Shown: in pieces, positions 54,801-64,000 of the stretch
Position numbering within the stretch: position 1 is the stretch's first letter
Layout of the letters: each line of letters starts with the position of its first letter
DNA from: a virus
Lineage: Duplodnaviria; Heunggongvirae; Uroviricota; Caudoviricetes
Virus record (IMG/VR): IMGVR_UViG_2695420521_000002
Coordinates: 35,400 to 99,399 of that record
Strand: one strand, 5' to 3'
DNA: 64,000 nt
Position numbers and translations under genes: made by a program
Notes under the pieces: model-generated
The model's database searches: none
What the model saw: the letters and a program-made list of their open reading frames with translations, nothing else
Told to the model about the DNA's origin: nothing

Positions 54801-55226
54801 TTTGACCAGCTCGGCGCACAAATGGGGATTGATGGACTGTATGACAAACTCATTAATGCCCGGGGAATGCGCTCAAATAATTCTCCTCAACCAGCTTCCA
54901 CGTCCCAGATGACGACTGTCGCCAACGATTTGCAGCAACCAACCGGTCGTATGCAGATAGACGGGCAGGTTATTAGTGACCTTGGCGGTTCCGGTGCCAA
55001 GCCGACAATGCAGTTGGCTGATAATACCGTTTCACTTGATGGTGAAACGAAGCGGCTGTTTGCGCAGATGACCTCATTGCTTGCCAGGATTGAAGAGCAC
55101 ACCAAAGACTCGGCGAAAGGCCAGGGAACTGTCGTAAAGGTCAGCACGCCTCAGCCGGGCGTTATGCGCACGGTACCACTGTCAATTGATGATCCGTTGA
55201 TGAATGACTACGCGAGAGTTGATTGA
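51834..55226 (+). CDS. sit: tape-measure-like injection protein with C-terminal lytic transglycosylase domain (Sit)
   Basis: 1130 aa; Gly/Ala/Lys-rich amphipathic repeats; SLT-like segment ...SAESSAGQRTGNPV...GAFQITKGT...AAYHAGMGHV. Confidence 0.8.
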   Translation: MERKNANIDDVIRTVETASAKELEELAGIREAVEDLKGGRVATVDPVSRSVSALNRTIENSRPDFVAKAPSVDPIVDAMKRLNLGDVSRVVQEDVAQQEQRAKSTTPKGKKRRRKAIPEDVKAQRTEAAEHAREMFGQKGGAQKSQNQRDARGRFIGKSGSKAAAEDARAERAEKARRKEDDERLNAESGLLKKLSKVAEGIGNPSETRAVDALGYAVAGPLWAAGKELGGISKEVGGSLNGARKSIADVIRGNDDNSRRKGFFRRKSQSSADVVQVNTQKRTVQELQDQTSEIKEGNDKILSALDQIAKNTGKKKGGLLSKLFSLLGKGAGGIASLIFGRGALKKVGSMALGALGIKKVASLLGFGGKKAAAKEAGELATRGAGKLATKGLGKLGVKALAKGALRAIPLVGTVAGGIYDAVTGWNDTEAQRRTFGLKDGEDPSFQQKAAYTLANVLDMGGLVSGISSAIGGVLKSLGFEDIGNMLQSFSTESIAQAIDSGITNLETYISNLGDTISTTFNDYTAKIGDAISAWFSDTTKSLNEKLDAIKDFFTVDNLKKVFSDSIDSAIDFIKNPGKYIKEAGSNLWHTVKEHAGEAMDKTADAVIQSTPLGLVASTLVNKANAKEVTPELKTPAKESQERNTPKSEDIPKKANIVTRVVNASLDTAQNGNKIVKETANQIINANAVETGNKAAQTIDAALGQSATGKEEALSAYEIDKRRFNNGKDVSLPKLNAAGYQWISDNADYFDELERKYGLEKGILSAVASAESSAGQRTGNPVDKNGNKLSSALGAFQITKGTREDLGLSDADAMDTRKAADGAARYLSMLMNRYNGDQGRAIAAYHAGMGHVDKGRVVAGTGEYVTRVRGYQQMLNNGAVYGSKVDHSAPAIYEKIPDNAVIDQSTGLAFTPGDSPFEKGGLVDKIGNAVGVNDLVNKFMNGRGMRREVVQGTLEERARGRGTATAAGNVYVDTPMPVEEARPVANNSSYFDQLGAQMGIDGLYDKLINARGMRSNNSPQPASTSQMTTVANDLQQPTGRMQIDGQVISDLGGSGAKPTMQLADNTVSLDGETKRLFAQMTSLLARIEEHTKDSAKGQGTVVKVSTPQPGVMRTVPLSIDDPLMNDYARVD

Positions 55227-55582
55227 TGGCCAACAATAACGAAATTGATCCTTTGCTGACGCTGGAGTTATCCGGCGTAAAAACGTATGAGTCCCAGGAG
55301 GAGGCCTGGGGCGCTCGTTTATATGAGTGGCTAAACACTTATCAGGGTGAGGTATACGGAGATCCGTCATGGGGCAATGTTTTACCGCAGTTTAAACACG
55401 AACCGACCAACTTGTCGCATGTTCAAATTGCGGTTGAGGCAATGCTTTTGCAAAAACTGACGGTAGATTTACCCGACATACCGATTTCTGGCTTGTCAGT
55501 AGCCGAGGGAGATGCTTTTGATAAGTTGAAAATATCCATTCGTATCAGGGATATAACTATCACACAGGACGTGGTGCTATGA
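55223..55582 (+). CDS. baseplate wedge protein (gp25/gpW-like)
   Basis: 119-aa ORF overlapping sit stop and next gene start. Confidence 0.4.
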   Translation: MMANNNEIDPLLTLELSGVKTYESQEEAWGARLYEWLNTYQGEVYGDPSWGNVLPQFKHEPTNLSHVQIAVEAMLLQKLTVDLPDIPISGLSVAEGDAFDKLKISIRIRDITITQDVVL

Positions 55583-57012
55583 GTAAAACAACACCGACTA
55601 AAGACAGTATTCGTGCAGAGTTTGAAGAGCTTGTCGAGAAAGATTCATTCTGGTCGAAGTTTGTCGGCTCTCAATTTGTCTCGATGCTGACATTGTTTAT
55701 TACCCAGATTGTCTACAGGTGCTTTCAGTATGCCGATGCGGCGCTGGCTGAAGGCTTTATATCGACCGCGACGCGGCGTTCCTCTATCCTGGCTGCGGCA
55801 GAAACGAACAGTTATGTTGGTACCAAGCCAACACCGTCATCGGGGATGATTGAGATCACCGCCACAAGTGAAGATGCCCCAGCAGTAATTCCCAAAAACA
55901 TGCCTTTAATATCTGACGACCAATACCCTTACATGACTATGGATGTATGCCGGTTGGTAGACGGCACCGGTACGGTAGAAGTGGCACAGTTGGAAATTCA
56001 GGAGGTGACATATACCGTTACGGCTGCCAAAGAATTTCTGGAAGTCGTGTTATCAAAGGCTCTCACTGCTGTCTGCTATAAGCTGGAAGTATTCGTGACG
56101 ACCGATGGTAAGACCACGCAGTGGTCTTCCAGCACTATGTTCCGGTTAGCCGGTAGTAAAAGCCAGGTCTACGTTGAGTTTTATAAACCATCCGAACAGT
56201 TGGGTGTCCGATTCGGCGATGGGCTAATTGGGCAAATACCGCCAGAAGGCTCGACAATTACGCTTAAGGTATGGTGCACCAACGGCGATATAACCCTGGT
56301 TGCTGGCCAAAACCTGACGCCTGTCGATTCTGCGGCTAATTTAGCTAATTTGATTTCAGTTAAGACAACGACACCTATAACCGCAGGTACCGATGCTGAA
56401 ACAACGGAGATCACACGTAACCGTGCACAATATTACCTTGCCTATGATGATCAGGTCGTATGGGGCGGGGACTATACGTATTTTCTGGTTCGTAACATCC
56501 CGGGGCTGTCCTGGGTAAAGGCATGGGGCGAAGGCCAGCAAGAGAAATTAGATGGTGCTTATAATGTTCAGAATATCAATAAGATATTTATTTCAGGATG
56601 GCATCCAAATAAAAGCCAGTCAGAGCTTGAAGAAATGATCCTGACTGCCTTTAAGAAGGTACCGAATGAACTGAACAAGAAATTCTCTTATAAAGAGGTC
56701 AGAAAACTACCATTTAAGATAACCATCACCGGACGGATATCGGCAAGCCTGACCATTGAGAATGTGACCGATGAGCTGAAGTCGGCACTGGAAACAAAAT
56801 TTGGGCGCGACTCAACTTTCTTTGATCCGAATCGCGTCGGAAAGTACATCCTGATTAAGAAAAAAGACGTTTGGGCTTTTATAGAAACGCTGGGTTATTT
56901 CCGCGACTTTTATCTGGAATTTGTCGAGTGGAATGAGTCCAACGGCTTTTACGATTTCGTTTATCTGGATACAGAAAACTCCACCTTTAATATTTCGTAT
57001 GAGGAGGAGTGA
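55579..57012 (+). CDS. baseplate protein (gpJ/gp6-like)
   Basis: 477-aa ORF between wedge-like and tail-fibre genes. Confidence 0.4.
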   Translation: MSKTTPTKDSIRAEFEELVEKDSFWSKFVGSQFVSMLTLFITQIVYRCFQYADAALAEGFISTATRRSSILAAAETNSYVGTKPTPSSGMIEITATSEDAPAVIPKNMPLISDDQYPYMTMDVCRLVDGTGTVEVAQLEIQEVTYTVTAAKEFLEVVLSKALTAVCYKLEVFVTTDGKTTQWSSSTMFRLAGSKSQVYVEFYKPSEQLGVRFGDGLIGQIPPEGSTITLKVWCTNGDITLVAGQNLTPVDSAANLANLISVKTTTPITAGTDAETTEITRNRAQYYLAYDDQVVWGGDYTYFLVRNIPGLSWVKAWGEGQQEKLDGAYNVQNINKIFISGWHPNKSQSELEEMILTAFKKVPNELNKKFSYKEVRKLPFKITITGRISASLTIENVTDELKSALETKFGRDSTFFDPNRVGKYILIKKKDVWAFIETLGYFRDFYLEFVEWNESNGFYDFVYLDTENSTFNISYEEE

Positions 57013-57848
57013 TGCAGCGTTCCTGGTTTAATAACCGGCTTACATCAGCTAAGCAAAAGTCATTGCTCTATAAATCATTGGCTGATTTGGTTCAGTCAAT
57101 GATGGATACCTTTGTTGACCCATGGTTGGAGCGAATTACCAACCGGAAGTCTATTTTTTCCATGAGCAAGGAGGATCTGGAGACCAAGACAAATGAACTT
57201 GGCCAGTTCTTTACTATCAGAACGTCGAACTCATCTTCCGTTCCGATGTTGTTACAACAGCGTCTTGATGAGATTCACTTTAAGGGGACTGAACGCCCTA
57301 TAAACCAGACAATTTACCGCGAATTTAACGGTATTTCTGTTTTATGGGATCCGATATATGCACCGGTGGACCTTGAGCGTCATCCCTATGGCACGGTTCT
57401 AATACCAGAAAGCACACTGGAAACTACCGGCGGCACATTCGGCGAGATGTTTCTGACTTCCAGAGGGATGATCAGTATTCCCATAAACGACCTGGCCCGG
57501 ACAATGGGGATTACTGGCACGATAGATCAGTCCGCAATTACAGAAGAAATTCTCAGAAAGTTTAATCAGTTCGTAAAGCCTCTACTGCCACTGCATATAG
57601 TGTTTGATGGGCTTACGCTCTATTTGTCGGTTGTTGTAAATGAAAAGGCCGACATGATCACTTTGAACGAGATTTCTGATACCGAAAAAGCGTACTGCTG
57701 GTTTGAAACTTCGGATACAACTTCGCTTACTGGAGTTACGTCGATTAGCGCTCCGATCACTGCAACGCCGGGCGGCACTATTGTGAAAGCAACGCCTACG
57801 TTTGATCGCACCCGCGCAGATGATTTGCTGCTGGATAGCGATGCCTGA
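57009..57848 (+). CDS. baseplate/tail-fibre-proximal protein
   Basis: 279-aa ORF, overlapping start. Confidence 0.4.
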   Translation: MMQRSWFNNRLTSAKQKSLLYKSLADLVQSMMDTFVDPWLERITNRKSIFSMSKEDLETKTNELGQFFTIRTSNSSSVPMLLQQRLDEIHFKGTERPINQTIYREFNGISVLWDPIYAPVDLERHPYGTVLIPESTLETTGGTFGEMFLTSRGMISIPINDLARTMGITGTIDQSAITEEILRKFNQFVKPLLPLHIVFDGLTLYLSVVVNEKADMITLNEISDTEKAYCWFETSDTTSLTGVTSISAPITATPGGTIVKATPTFDRTRADDLLLDSDA

Positions 57849-57926
57849 TAATCACCCCGTCCGCAGGGCGGGGTGACAAGTTACTTCTCTTACAATGAGG
57901 CTTCACAACATTGATTAGGGAAAATC

Positions 57927-58361
57927 ATGTCTGACGTCTCAACAAACCTCTATAAGAGTCAGTTGTTGGACTATTACTATCAGCGGCGCGCTGAATCGTC
58001 CATTAACAAAGGCTCTCGATTTTTAATCAGCAAGGCCGTTTTCGGTACCAGTTCACTGGTTACTAAGAAAGGAGATGGCACTTATGAGATTGGAGAACTG
58101 CCAAAGGATTTCGATCTGGCAGAACTGACCAGTCAATTTTGCACCATTAACCTCGTCCCAACCTACTCTGGCGGGATAATTACTGTCCGAATGGACCTTG
58201 ATCAAAGCCAGTTGCAGGAAGGGAAAAACTACCCATTCAACACTCTGGTTGTTCTGGATAACGAGAACAAGCCAATCGCCATTATTTGTGTCCAGGAAGA
58301 CTCGCTGTATGTGGGCAAAACATATACCGCAGTTATGGCCATAAACACGACTACAGCATAA
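57927..58361 (+). CDS. R: tail-fibre-associated protein R
   Basis: 144-aa ORF directly upstream of S; symbol by P1 R-S-U synteny. Confidence 0.45.
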   Translation: MSDVSTNLYKSQLLDYYYQRRAESSINKGSRFLISKAVFGTSSLVTKKGDGTYEIGELPKDFDLAELTSQFCTINLVPTYSGGIITVRMDLDQSQLQEGKNYPFNTLVVLDNENKPIAIICVQEDSLYVGKTYTAVMAINTTTA

Positions 58362-58372
58362 GGATATGCTTG

Positions 58373-61300
58373 ATGAATGACGTTACAGTTGTTACATCAG
58401 TTACTTACCCATCGCCCGAGTCACTGGCTCTGGTGGCTGATGTGCAATACCACGAACCATATCTGTCAGCCGCGCTAAACCGAAAATTCAGGGGAATTGT
58501 TGACCCTGGATTTTATGCAGGTTTCTTGCCGAAGCCTGGCGGTGGGATGAACCTGTTAATCACCTCAGTGGATGGTGATAAAACTGCTGGCGCTGCGTCA
58601 GTGGATATTGGTGAATTCTACCAGGTAACTATTCAGCACCGTAAGGATATTTCTCTTGCACTTAGTGCAGGCAAGAAATATGCAATTGTGCTGAAGGGAA
58701 GATACCTCCTTGGAGAGGATACCTATCAGGTTAATACCGCGTCACATATTCATGCGGCTGAATTTGTTGCCAGAACCTATACCGATTCATATCAGTTAGG
58801 AGATGGGGAGCTGCTTGTTTGTACGGTGAATATCCCTGCTGGCGTATCAGCCATTACCCAGGAGATGATTGATACATCCGAGCGTATTAACCGCACGATC
58901 GGCATTGATATTTCAGACTCTGTAACCAGTAGCAGAAGTGATGTTGCGGCAAGTTCGCTGGCAGTTAAAAAAGCCTACGATCTGGCGAAAAGTAAGTATA
59001 CGGCGCAGGATGCAAGCACAACGCAAAAGGGATTAGTTCAGCTCAGTAGCGAAACTAACAGCGACAGCGAAACAATGGCTGCTACCCCTAAAGCAGTTAA
59101 GTCTGTAAAAGATCTTGCTGATACCAAAGCGCCAATAGAAAGCCCGAGTCTGACAGGAACGCCAACCGCGCCGACGGCAGCGCAAGGTACAAATAGCACG
59201 CAGATCGCAAATACAGCCTTTGTTAAGGCAGCTATAACGGCACTTATCAACGGCGCACCTGGCACACTGGATACGCTTAAAGAAATAGCTGCTGCGATCA
59301 ATAACGACCCGAATTTCAGCACAACTATCAACAATGCTCTGGCTCTTAAAGCTCCTTTAGCAAGTCCTGCATTAACGGGAATACCTACTGCGCCTACCGC
59401 TGCACAGGGTACGAATAACACGCAGATTGCTACGACCGCTTATGTAAGAGCTGCCATATCCGCATTGGTTGGTTCATCACCAGAAGCTCTTGATACCCTG
59501 AATGAGCTTGCCGCAGCACTTGGTAATGACCCTAACTTTGCGACAACAATGACAAATGCGCTGGCAGGCAAACAGCCTCTGGATGCAACTTTAACCGCGC
59601 TTGCTGGTCTTGCGACAGGCGCAAATAAATTGCCGTACTTTACCGGTACAGACACTGTTTCTCAGACAGACTTAACGTCAGTCGGTCGCGATATTCTGGC
59701 CAAAACAAGCGTTCTTGCTGTTATCCAATACCTTGGTTTAAGAGAACTCGGTACCAGCGGTGAAAAGATCCCCCTGTTGAGCACGGCTAACACATGGAGT
59801 GCACGCCAGACTTTCAACGGCGGGATCACCGGCGCACTGACGGGGAACGCCGACACCGCAACGAAATTAAAAACAGCGCGGAAGATTAACAACGTTTCAT
59901 TTGACGGTTCTGCGGACATAACGCTGACTCCTGCGAACCTTGACGTATACAGCAAAAGCGAAATAGACAATAAAAAAGGGATGCGTAAATACACGCTTAC
60001 TGCACCATCTGGTGCAGTAAGTGGTAAGTGGTATCCCGTAGTTTTTCGTCGTTCATCTGGCGGTAATAGCGAGCTGGCATCGAGAGTGGTTATCACGACG
60101 GCATCAACCACTGGTAATTTCGCAATGAATAACTGCGAATTTAACGGGATGGTTATGTCCGGTGGCTGGTCAGACAGGGGGTCATATGCTGCTGGTTATT
60201 TCTGGACGTATCAGGCGGATGAGCGGGCTATTCACTCCATCATCTCAGGTGTTAAAGATGATGACAGGAGCTGCGTTTTTTACGTTGAAGCCAGAGCATT
60301 CCCGATACAGGTCTTTGCCGAAGAAGGTCTGAGCGTTGTACTTCCGACAGAAGATTACACGCTCGGACAGAGCACGTACAAATGGGGTGTAACAGACCCG
60401 GCGGCGGAAAGCACAAACGTACAGACGATTCTGGATTTTAAAGATGGGCGTGGTTATTACTGCTCGCATCCGTTTATTTCAAGCCTTTCAGGGAATGCAG
60501 CAACCGCAACGAAACTTGCAACGGCAAGAAAGATTTCAGGTGTGGCTTTTGATGGTTCTGCCGATATTACATTAACTGCTGAACATGTATCAGCATTTGC
60601 TCTACGTGCGACGGGGGCTTATGCGGATTCGGATGGGGCAGTTCCCTGGAATGCTGAATCCGGCGCATATAATGTCACGCGTTCTGGCGACTCCTATCTT
60701 GTTGCAAACTTTTATACCGGTGTCGGGAGTTGCCGTACTCTCCAGATTCGCGCGCATTACAAGAATGGCGGTCTGTTTTACCGTTCTTCACGTGATGGTT
60801 ATGGCTTTGAGGAAGACTGGACTCAGATTTATACCAAAAAAGACAGCATCCCGGGTGTTAATACGACCGGCGACCAGAATACAACGGGTAATGCGGCAAC
60901 AGCCACAAAACTGCAAACAGCGCGTACCATTAATGGAGTCTCATTTGACGGTTCTAAAAACATTACGCTAACTCCAAGGTCTATAGGCACGATCAACTCA
61001 ACAACCATGTCTTTTAGTGGTGGTGCCGGATGGTTCAAACTGGCAACTGTAACAATGCCACAAGCCAGTTCTGTGGTTTACATAAGCCTGATTGGTGGCG
61101 CAGGGTTTAACGTTGGCTCCCCGCATCAAGCAGGCATCTCTGAGCTGGTTCTGCGTGCCGGAAATGGAAATCCAAACGGTATTACTGGTGCATTATGGCG
61201 ACGGACCTCGGTTGGATTTACTAATTTTGCATGGGTGAATACATCCGGTGATACCTATGACATTTATGTAGAAATAGGTAATTACGCCACAGGTGTTAAT

Positions 61301-62170
61301 ATCCAGTGGGATTATACAAAGGATGCAACTGTACAAATTCATACATCACCAACTTATACAGCGAATAAACCAACAGGCCTGACAGATGGAACTGTATATG
61401 TAATTTACAGTTCGCACATTAAACCTACTGCTGCTGATGTAGGTGCATTACCAACAACCGGAGGCACACTTACTGGCGGTTTAACGGCTGCTGGCGAGAT
61501 TATTTCCAAATCGGCGAATGGTCTGCGCATTGCCTATGGCAACTATGGATTCTTTATCCGAAACGATGGTTCAAGCACATACTTCATGTTGACCAATTCG
61601 GGCGACAGCCTGGGAACATGGAATAGTTTAAGACCGCTTACCATTAACAACGCCAGTGGAGCTGTTTCTATCGGTAATGGACTCAATGTTACTGGCGATA
61701 CTGTATCCAGTTCGAGAGTTCGTGCCGGTAATGGCAAGAAATTTTCGATTAGCAGTAGCAACTCATCGACAAAAGAAGCGACATTTAATCTATGGGGTAA
61801 TTCCAGCCGCCCCGTTGTTGCTGAATTAGGTGATGATTCAGGATGGCATTTTTACAGTCAGAGGAATACTGATAACAGCATAACATTTGCTGTAAACGGT
61901 CAGATATCACCCTCTAACTATAGTAATTTTGACTCTAGATATGCGCTGAAAACATCTTACGTTTCCAGCGTAAGGATGGGGGCCGTTGCCAGTTATAGCC
62001 CACCAAACAATGAAACCTCTTGGACTCAGAACCTTGGTAGCGGACTGGTTATGACAGGAATTATTGTTCAGGAAACAGGAAAAGCTTCTGCCGATAATAT
62101 CGGTGGTATTTATTATCGACCAGTTCAATATTGTATCAACGGTACCTGGTACACAGCAGCATCAGTATAA
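58373..62170 (+). CDS. S: tail fibre protein S (constant region plus currently expressed variable C-terminal part)
   Basis: About 1265 aa from ATG 58373 (AAGGA SD); tandem fibre repeats; 3' part shared with inverted alternative segment through an inverted repeat. Confidence 0.85.
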   Translation: MNDVTVVTSVTYPSPESLALVADVQYHEPYLSAALNRKFRGIVDPGFYAGFLPKPGGGMNLLITSVDGDKTAGAASVDIGEFYQVTIQHRKDISLALSAGKKYAIVLKGRYLLGEDTYQVNTASHIHAAEFVARTYTDSYQLGDGELLVCTVNIPAGVSAITQEMIDTSERINRTIGIDISDSVTSSRSDVAASSLAVKKAYDLAKSKYTAQDASTTQKGLVQLSSETNSDSETMAATPKAVKSVKDLADTKAPIESPSLTGTPTAPTAAQGTNSTQIANTAFVKAAITALINGAPGTLDTLKEIAAAINNDPNFSTTINNALALKAPLASPALTGIPTAPTAAQGTNNTQIATTAYVRAAISALVGSSPEALDTLNELAAALGNDPNFATTMTNALAGKQPLDATLTALAGLATGANKLPYFTGTDTVSQTDLTSVGRDILAKTSVLAVIQYLGLRELGTSGEKIPLLSTANTWSARQTFNGGITGALTGNADTATKLKTARKINNVSFDGSADITLTPANLDVYSKSEIDNKKGMRKYTLTAPSGAVSGKWYPVVFRRSSGGNSELASRVVITTASTTGNFAMNNCEFNGMVMSGGWSDRGSYAAGYFWTYQADERAIHSIISGVKDDDRSCVFYVEARAFPIQVFAEEGLSVVLPTEDYTLGQSTYKWGVTDPAAESTNVQTILDFKDGRGYYCSHPFISSLSGNAATATKLATARKISGVAFDGSADITLTAEHVSAFALRATGAYADSDGAVPWNAESGAYNVTRSGDSYLVANFYTGVGSCRTLQIRAHYKNGGLFYRSSRDGYGFEEDWTQIYTKKDSIPGVNTTGDQNTTGNAATATKLQTARTINGVSFDGSKNITLTPRSIGTINSTTMSFSGGAGWFKLATVTMPQASSVVYISLIGGAGFNVGSPHQAGISELVLRAGNGNPNGITGALWRRTSVGFTNFAWVNTSGDTYDIYVEIGNYATGVNIQWDYTKDATVQIHTSPTYTANKPTGLTDGTVYVIYSSHIKPTAADVGALPTTGGTLTGGLTAAGEIISKSANGLRIAYGNYGFFIRNDGSSTYFMLTNSGDSLGTWNSLRPLTINNASGAVSIGNGLNVTGDTVSSSRVRAGNGKKFSISSSNSSTKEATFNLWGNSSRPVVAELGDDSGWHFYSQRNTDNSITFAVNGQISPSNYSNFDSRYALKTSYVSSVRMGAVASYSPPNNETSWTQNLGSGLVMTGIIVQETGKASADNIGGIYYRPVQYCINGTWYTAASV
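59126..59570 (+). repeat. tandem about 74-codon repeat units inside S
   Basis: Two consecutive units with the same SP(S/A)LTG(T/I)PTAPTAAQGTN(S/N)TQIA...LDTL(K/N)E(I/L)AAA... pattern. Confidence 0.6.
61522..61688. repeat. left inverted repeat of invertible tail-fibre C-segment (inside S)
   Basis: Near-identical to reverse complement of 63844-64000; identity ends at 61688; outer limit not determinable here. Confidence 0.8.
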
Positions 62171-62184
62171 TGAAAGGGTAACAT

Positions 62185-62700
62185 ATGAATAATTTTAGAA
62201 ACTTCACGCCATATACGCCAGATGAAGATAAAAGAGAGCTTGTTGATGCCGGAGTTTTATTCCTGCTGGATGAAAATGGTAATGACTGGTATGAATGTCA
62301 GAAGTTATTTTCGGAATGTACAAATGTAATTGCGTATGATAGCAACGACATCGTTGTCAGCATTACAGATGACGCCTCAACCCTTTGGCCCATAGGATTA
62401 TCTGTAGCTGAAGTGGAAAGCTTACCTGAAGATGTAGATATCAACGGCAGTTGGGTGTTTAGAGATAACTCCGTTGTAAAACGCATATACTCTGATACAG
62501 AGTTACAACAGCAAGCTGAATCAAAAAAGGCCGCCTTGCTTTCACACGCCGAATCAGTAATTGCAACTCTTGAGCGGGCAGTTAAATTGAATATGGCAAC
62601 TGATGAGGAACGAGCAAAACTGGAAGCGTGGGAGCGTTATAGCGTGTTGGTTTATCGTGTAGATACAGCTAAACCAGAATGGCCTGAAGAACCGGAGTGA
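62185..62700 (+). CDS. U: tail fibre assembly chaperone U
   Basis: 171 aa; MNNFRNFTPYTPDEDKRELVDAGVLFLLDENGNDWYEC... paralogous to inverted U' ORF. Confidence 0.8.
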   Translation: MNNFRNFTPYTPDEDKRELVDAGVLFLLDENGNDWYECQKLFSECTNVIAYDSNDIVVSITDDASTLWPIGLSVAEVESLPEDVDINGSWVFRDNSVVKRIYSDTELQQQAESKKAALLSHAESVIATLERAVKLNMATDEERAKLEAWERYSVLVYRVDTAKPEWPEEPE

Positions 62701-62705
62701 AGTAA

Positions 62706-62733
62706 AGGCCCGATTTATCGGGCCTCCCTTTTA
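62706..62733. terminator. bidirectional terminator between convergent U and U'
   Basis: AGGCCCGAT-TT-ATCGGGCCT stem with T-rich flank. Confidence 0.6.
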
Positions 62734-63276
62734 AACTGGCTCAGTAGGCCAGGCGATCGCATTGAAAGTGGCTTTATCTGTTATTGTGTTGAAATCTAAT
62801 GCATTAACTGCATCAATATAGTCCAGCCAGGCGTCAAGATCAGACTGTTCATCTTCAGATAATATTCTGCCGCGTAGTAATTTTGTCTGGCTGATCACGA
62901 GCTGTTGACGTGCGCTGTTAAGTCGCTCAGTGCGTCTTGATTCCGCCATGGTTTTTAACTCATCTGCGGTTCTTACTCTTTCAACCACATTTTCTCCGTC
63001 AAATATCCAGTTCCCATCAATATCTACTCCATCAGGCAGAGTTTCTATTTCTGCTACAGATGCCCCCACAGGCCAGAGTGTTGAAACATCGTTTGAAATA
63101 CTCACGACAATATTATCGCTGTCATAAACTATCTTTATCGTATTCTCATGAAAAAATTTCTGACATTCATACCAGTCATTACCGTTTTCATCACGTAAAA
63201 ATACAACTCCAGCTTCAACAAGCTCTGACTTATCTTCATCTGGGGTGTAGGATGTGAACTTTTTAAAATTAATCAT
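62731..63276 (-). CDS. alternative tail fibre assembly chaperone U' (silent orientation)
   Basis: About 181 aa from MINFKKFTSYTPDEDKSELVEAGVVFLRDENGNDWYEC...; paralog of U. Confidence 0.75.
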   Translation of the reverse strand: MINFKKFTSYTPDEDKSELVEAGVVFLRDENGNDWYECQKFFHENTIKIVYDSDNIVVSISNDVSTLWPVGASVAEIETLPDGVDIDGNWIFDGENVVERVRTADELKTMAESRRTERLNSARQQLVISQTKLLRGRILSEDEQSDLDAWLDYIDAVNALDFNTITDKATFNAIAWPTEPV

Positions 63277-63294
63277 TGTTTGCTCCATTAATAA

Positions 63295-64000
63295 TCATGC
63301 TGTGGCTGCTGTATACCAGGTGCCATTAATGCAATACTGTAAAGGCCTCAATCTTGCTGGGTCGTCACCATCAACTTCACCAATAATCCCAAGCCCTGTA
63401 ATGACATAACCAGCAGTTTCAAACATCGTGCCTTTCTGCATGGTATGAGTTTTATATGCGCCAAGTCTTACGCTGGTTACACAGGCCGTTTTTAATGCGT
63501 AACGAGAGTCAAAATTACTGTAATTGGCGGGAACTATTTGTCCACCACACTGGAAGTTACCACTGCTATTAAGGAATGCTTGGCCATCTGTTCCATTTGC
63601 TGTTCTTGAATTGTTAATCATGTAAAAGCCGAATTGGCTATTACCAAGCCCACCAATAAAGAACTTTCTGTCAGCATGGTCCTGACGAAGCAATGCCTGA
63701 GCACCATCGGTGGATACAGCATTACGTCCGAAAATAACATTCTGGTCACGCATATTTATCCACGCGCCGGTACCGCTATTAATTGCAAAACGATTTGCAT
63801 ATACCCAAGCATTGGTTCCTATATCACCATTAACAGTTAAACTATTACCGATAGAAACAGCTCCACTGGCGTTGTTAATGGTAAGCGGTCTTAAACTATT
63901 CCATGTTCCCAGGCTGTCGCCCGAATTGGTCAACATGAAGTATGTGCTTGAACCATCGTTTCGGATAAAGAATCCATAGTTGCCATAGGCAATACGAAGA
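63295..64000 (-). CDS. alternative tail-fibre variable segment Sv' (promoterless, inverted, continues past window end)
   Basis: Begins MLTNSGDSLGTWNSLRPLTINNASGAVSIGN, same as S residues encoded at about 61590; reading frame open into the right inverted repeat. Confidence 0.75.
   Translation of the reverse strand, partial: LRIAYGNYGFFIRNDGSSTYFMLTNSGDSLGTWNSLRPLTINNASGAVSIGNSLTVNGDIGTNAWVYANRFAINSGTGAWINMRDQNVIFGRNAVSTDGAQALLRQDHADRKFFIGGLGNSQFGFYMINNSRTANGTDGQAFLNSSGNFQCGGQIVPANYSNFDSRYALKTACVTSVRLGAYKTHTMQKGTMFETAGYVITGLGIIGEVDGDDPARLRPLQYCINGTWYTAATA
63844..64000. repeat. right inverted repeat of invertible C-segment (truncated by window end)
   Basis: Reverse complement matches 61522-61688 with 2 mismatches at the outer end. 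Confidence 0.8.

Noticed and set aside
57853-57876. Hairpin CACCCCG...CGGGGTG after the 279-aa gene as a terminator
   Set aside because: No T-run follows and R/S must be transcribed through it; more likely an intercistronic stem
58286-58372. ORF-track start at 58286 for S, overlapping R
   Set aside because: The extension has no ribosome-binding site; ATG 58373 preceded by AAGGA and beginning MNDVTVV is used

Overview
The window reads as one contiguous ~64 kb piece of a P1-family temperate phage-plasmid, collinear with the P1 map as I recall it but in inverse orientation. Nothing was run against a database; all calls come from reading the sequence and ORF translations, and P1 gene names are assigned by motif, size and synteny from memory. 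Left to right: terminase pacB (truncated) and pacA with an internal GATC-hexamer pac site, lpa, pdcB/pdcA, the doc/phd addiction module, a minus-strand early gene block (ppp phosphatase, VRR-NUC, TraR-like, glycosyltransferase-like paralogs), a baseplate hub/spike block, the ban helicase operon with a tRNA cluster, the fused C5/N6 methyltransferase dmt with hrdC and uhr, PAAR and spanin-like genes, the plasmid maintenance core (oriR iterons, repA, incA, parA, parB, parS), head/sheath/tube-like structural genes, repL and kilA, the immI region (Op51, c4 RNA, icd, ant), two secreted proteins, the sit tape-measure tail operon, and the tail-fibre S/U genes entering an invertible C-segment. About ten C1-operator-like 17-mers mark the early operons and three copies of a conserved motif mark candidate late promoters. 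I could not identify a clearly new multi-gene system with recognisable hallmarks. The most interesting items are AT-rich promoter-gene-terminator insertions encoding envelope proteins (a 1211-aa invasin/intimin-like adhesin, a YeeE/YedE-like transporter, an Ail/Lom/OmpX-family porin), an in-frame amber codon splitting ant, an extra tRNA-Ser-like gene, and an uncharacterised early operon of sugar-transferase-like enzymes.
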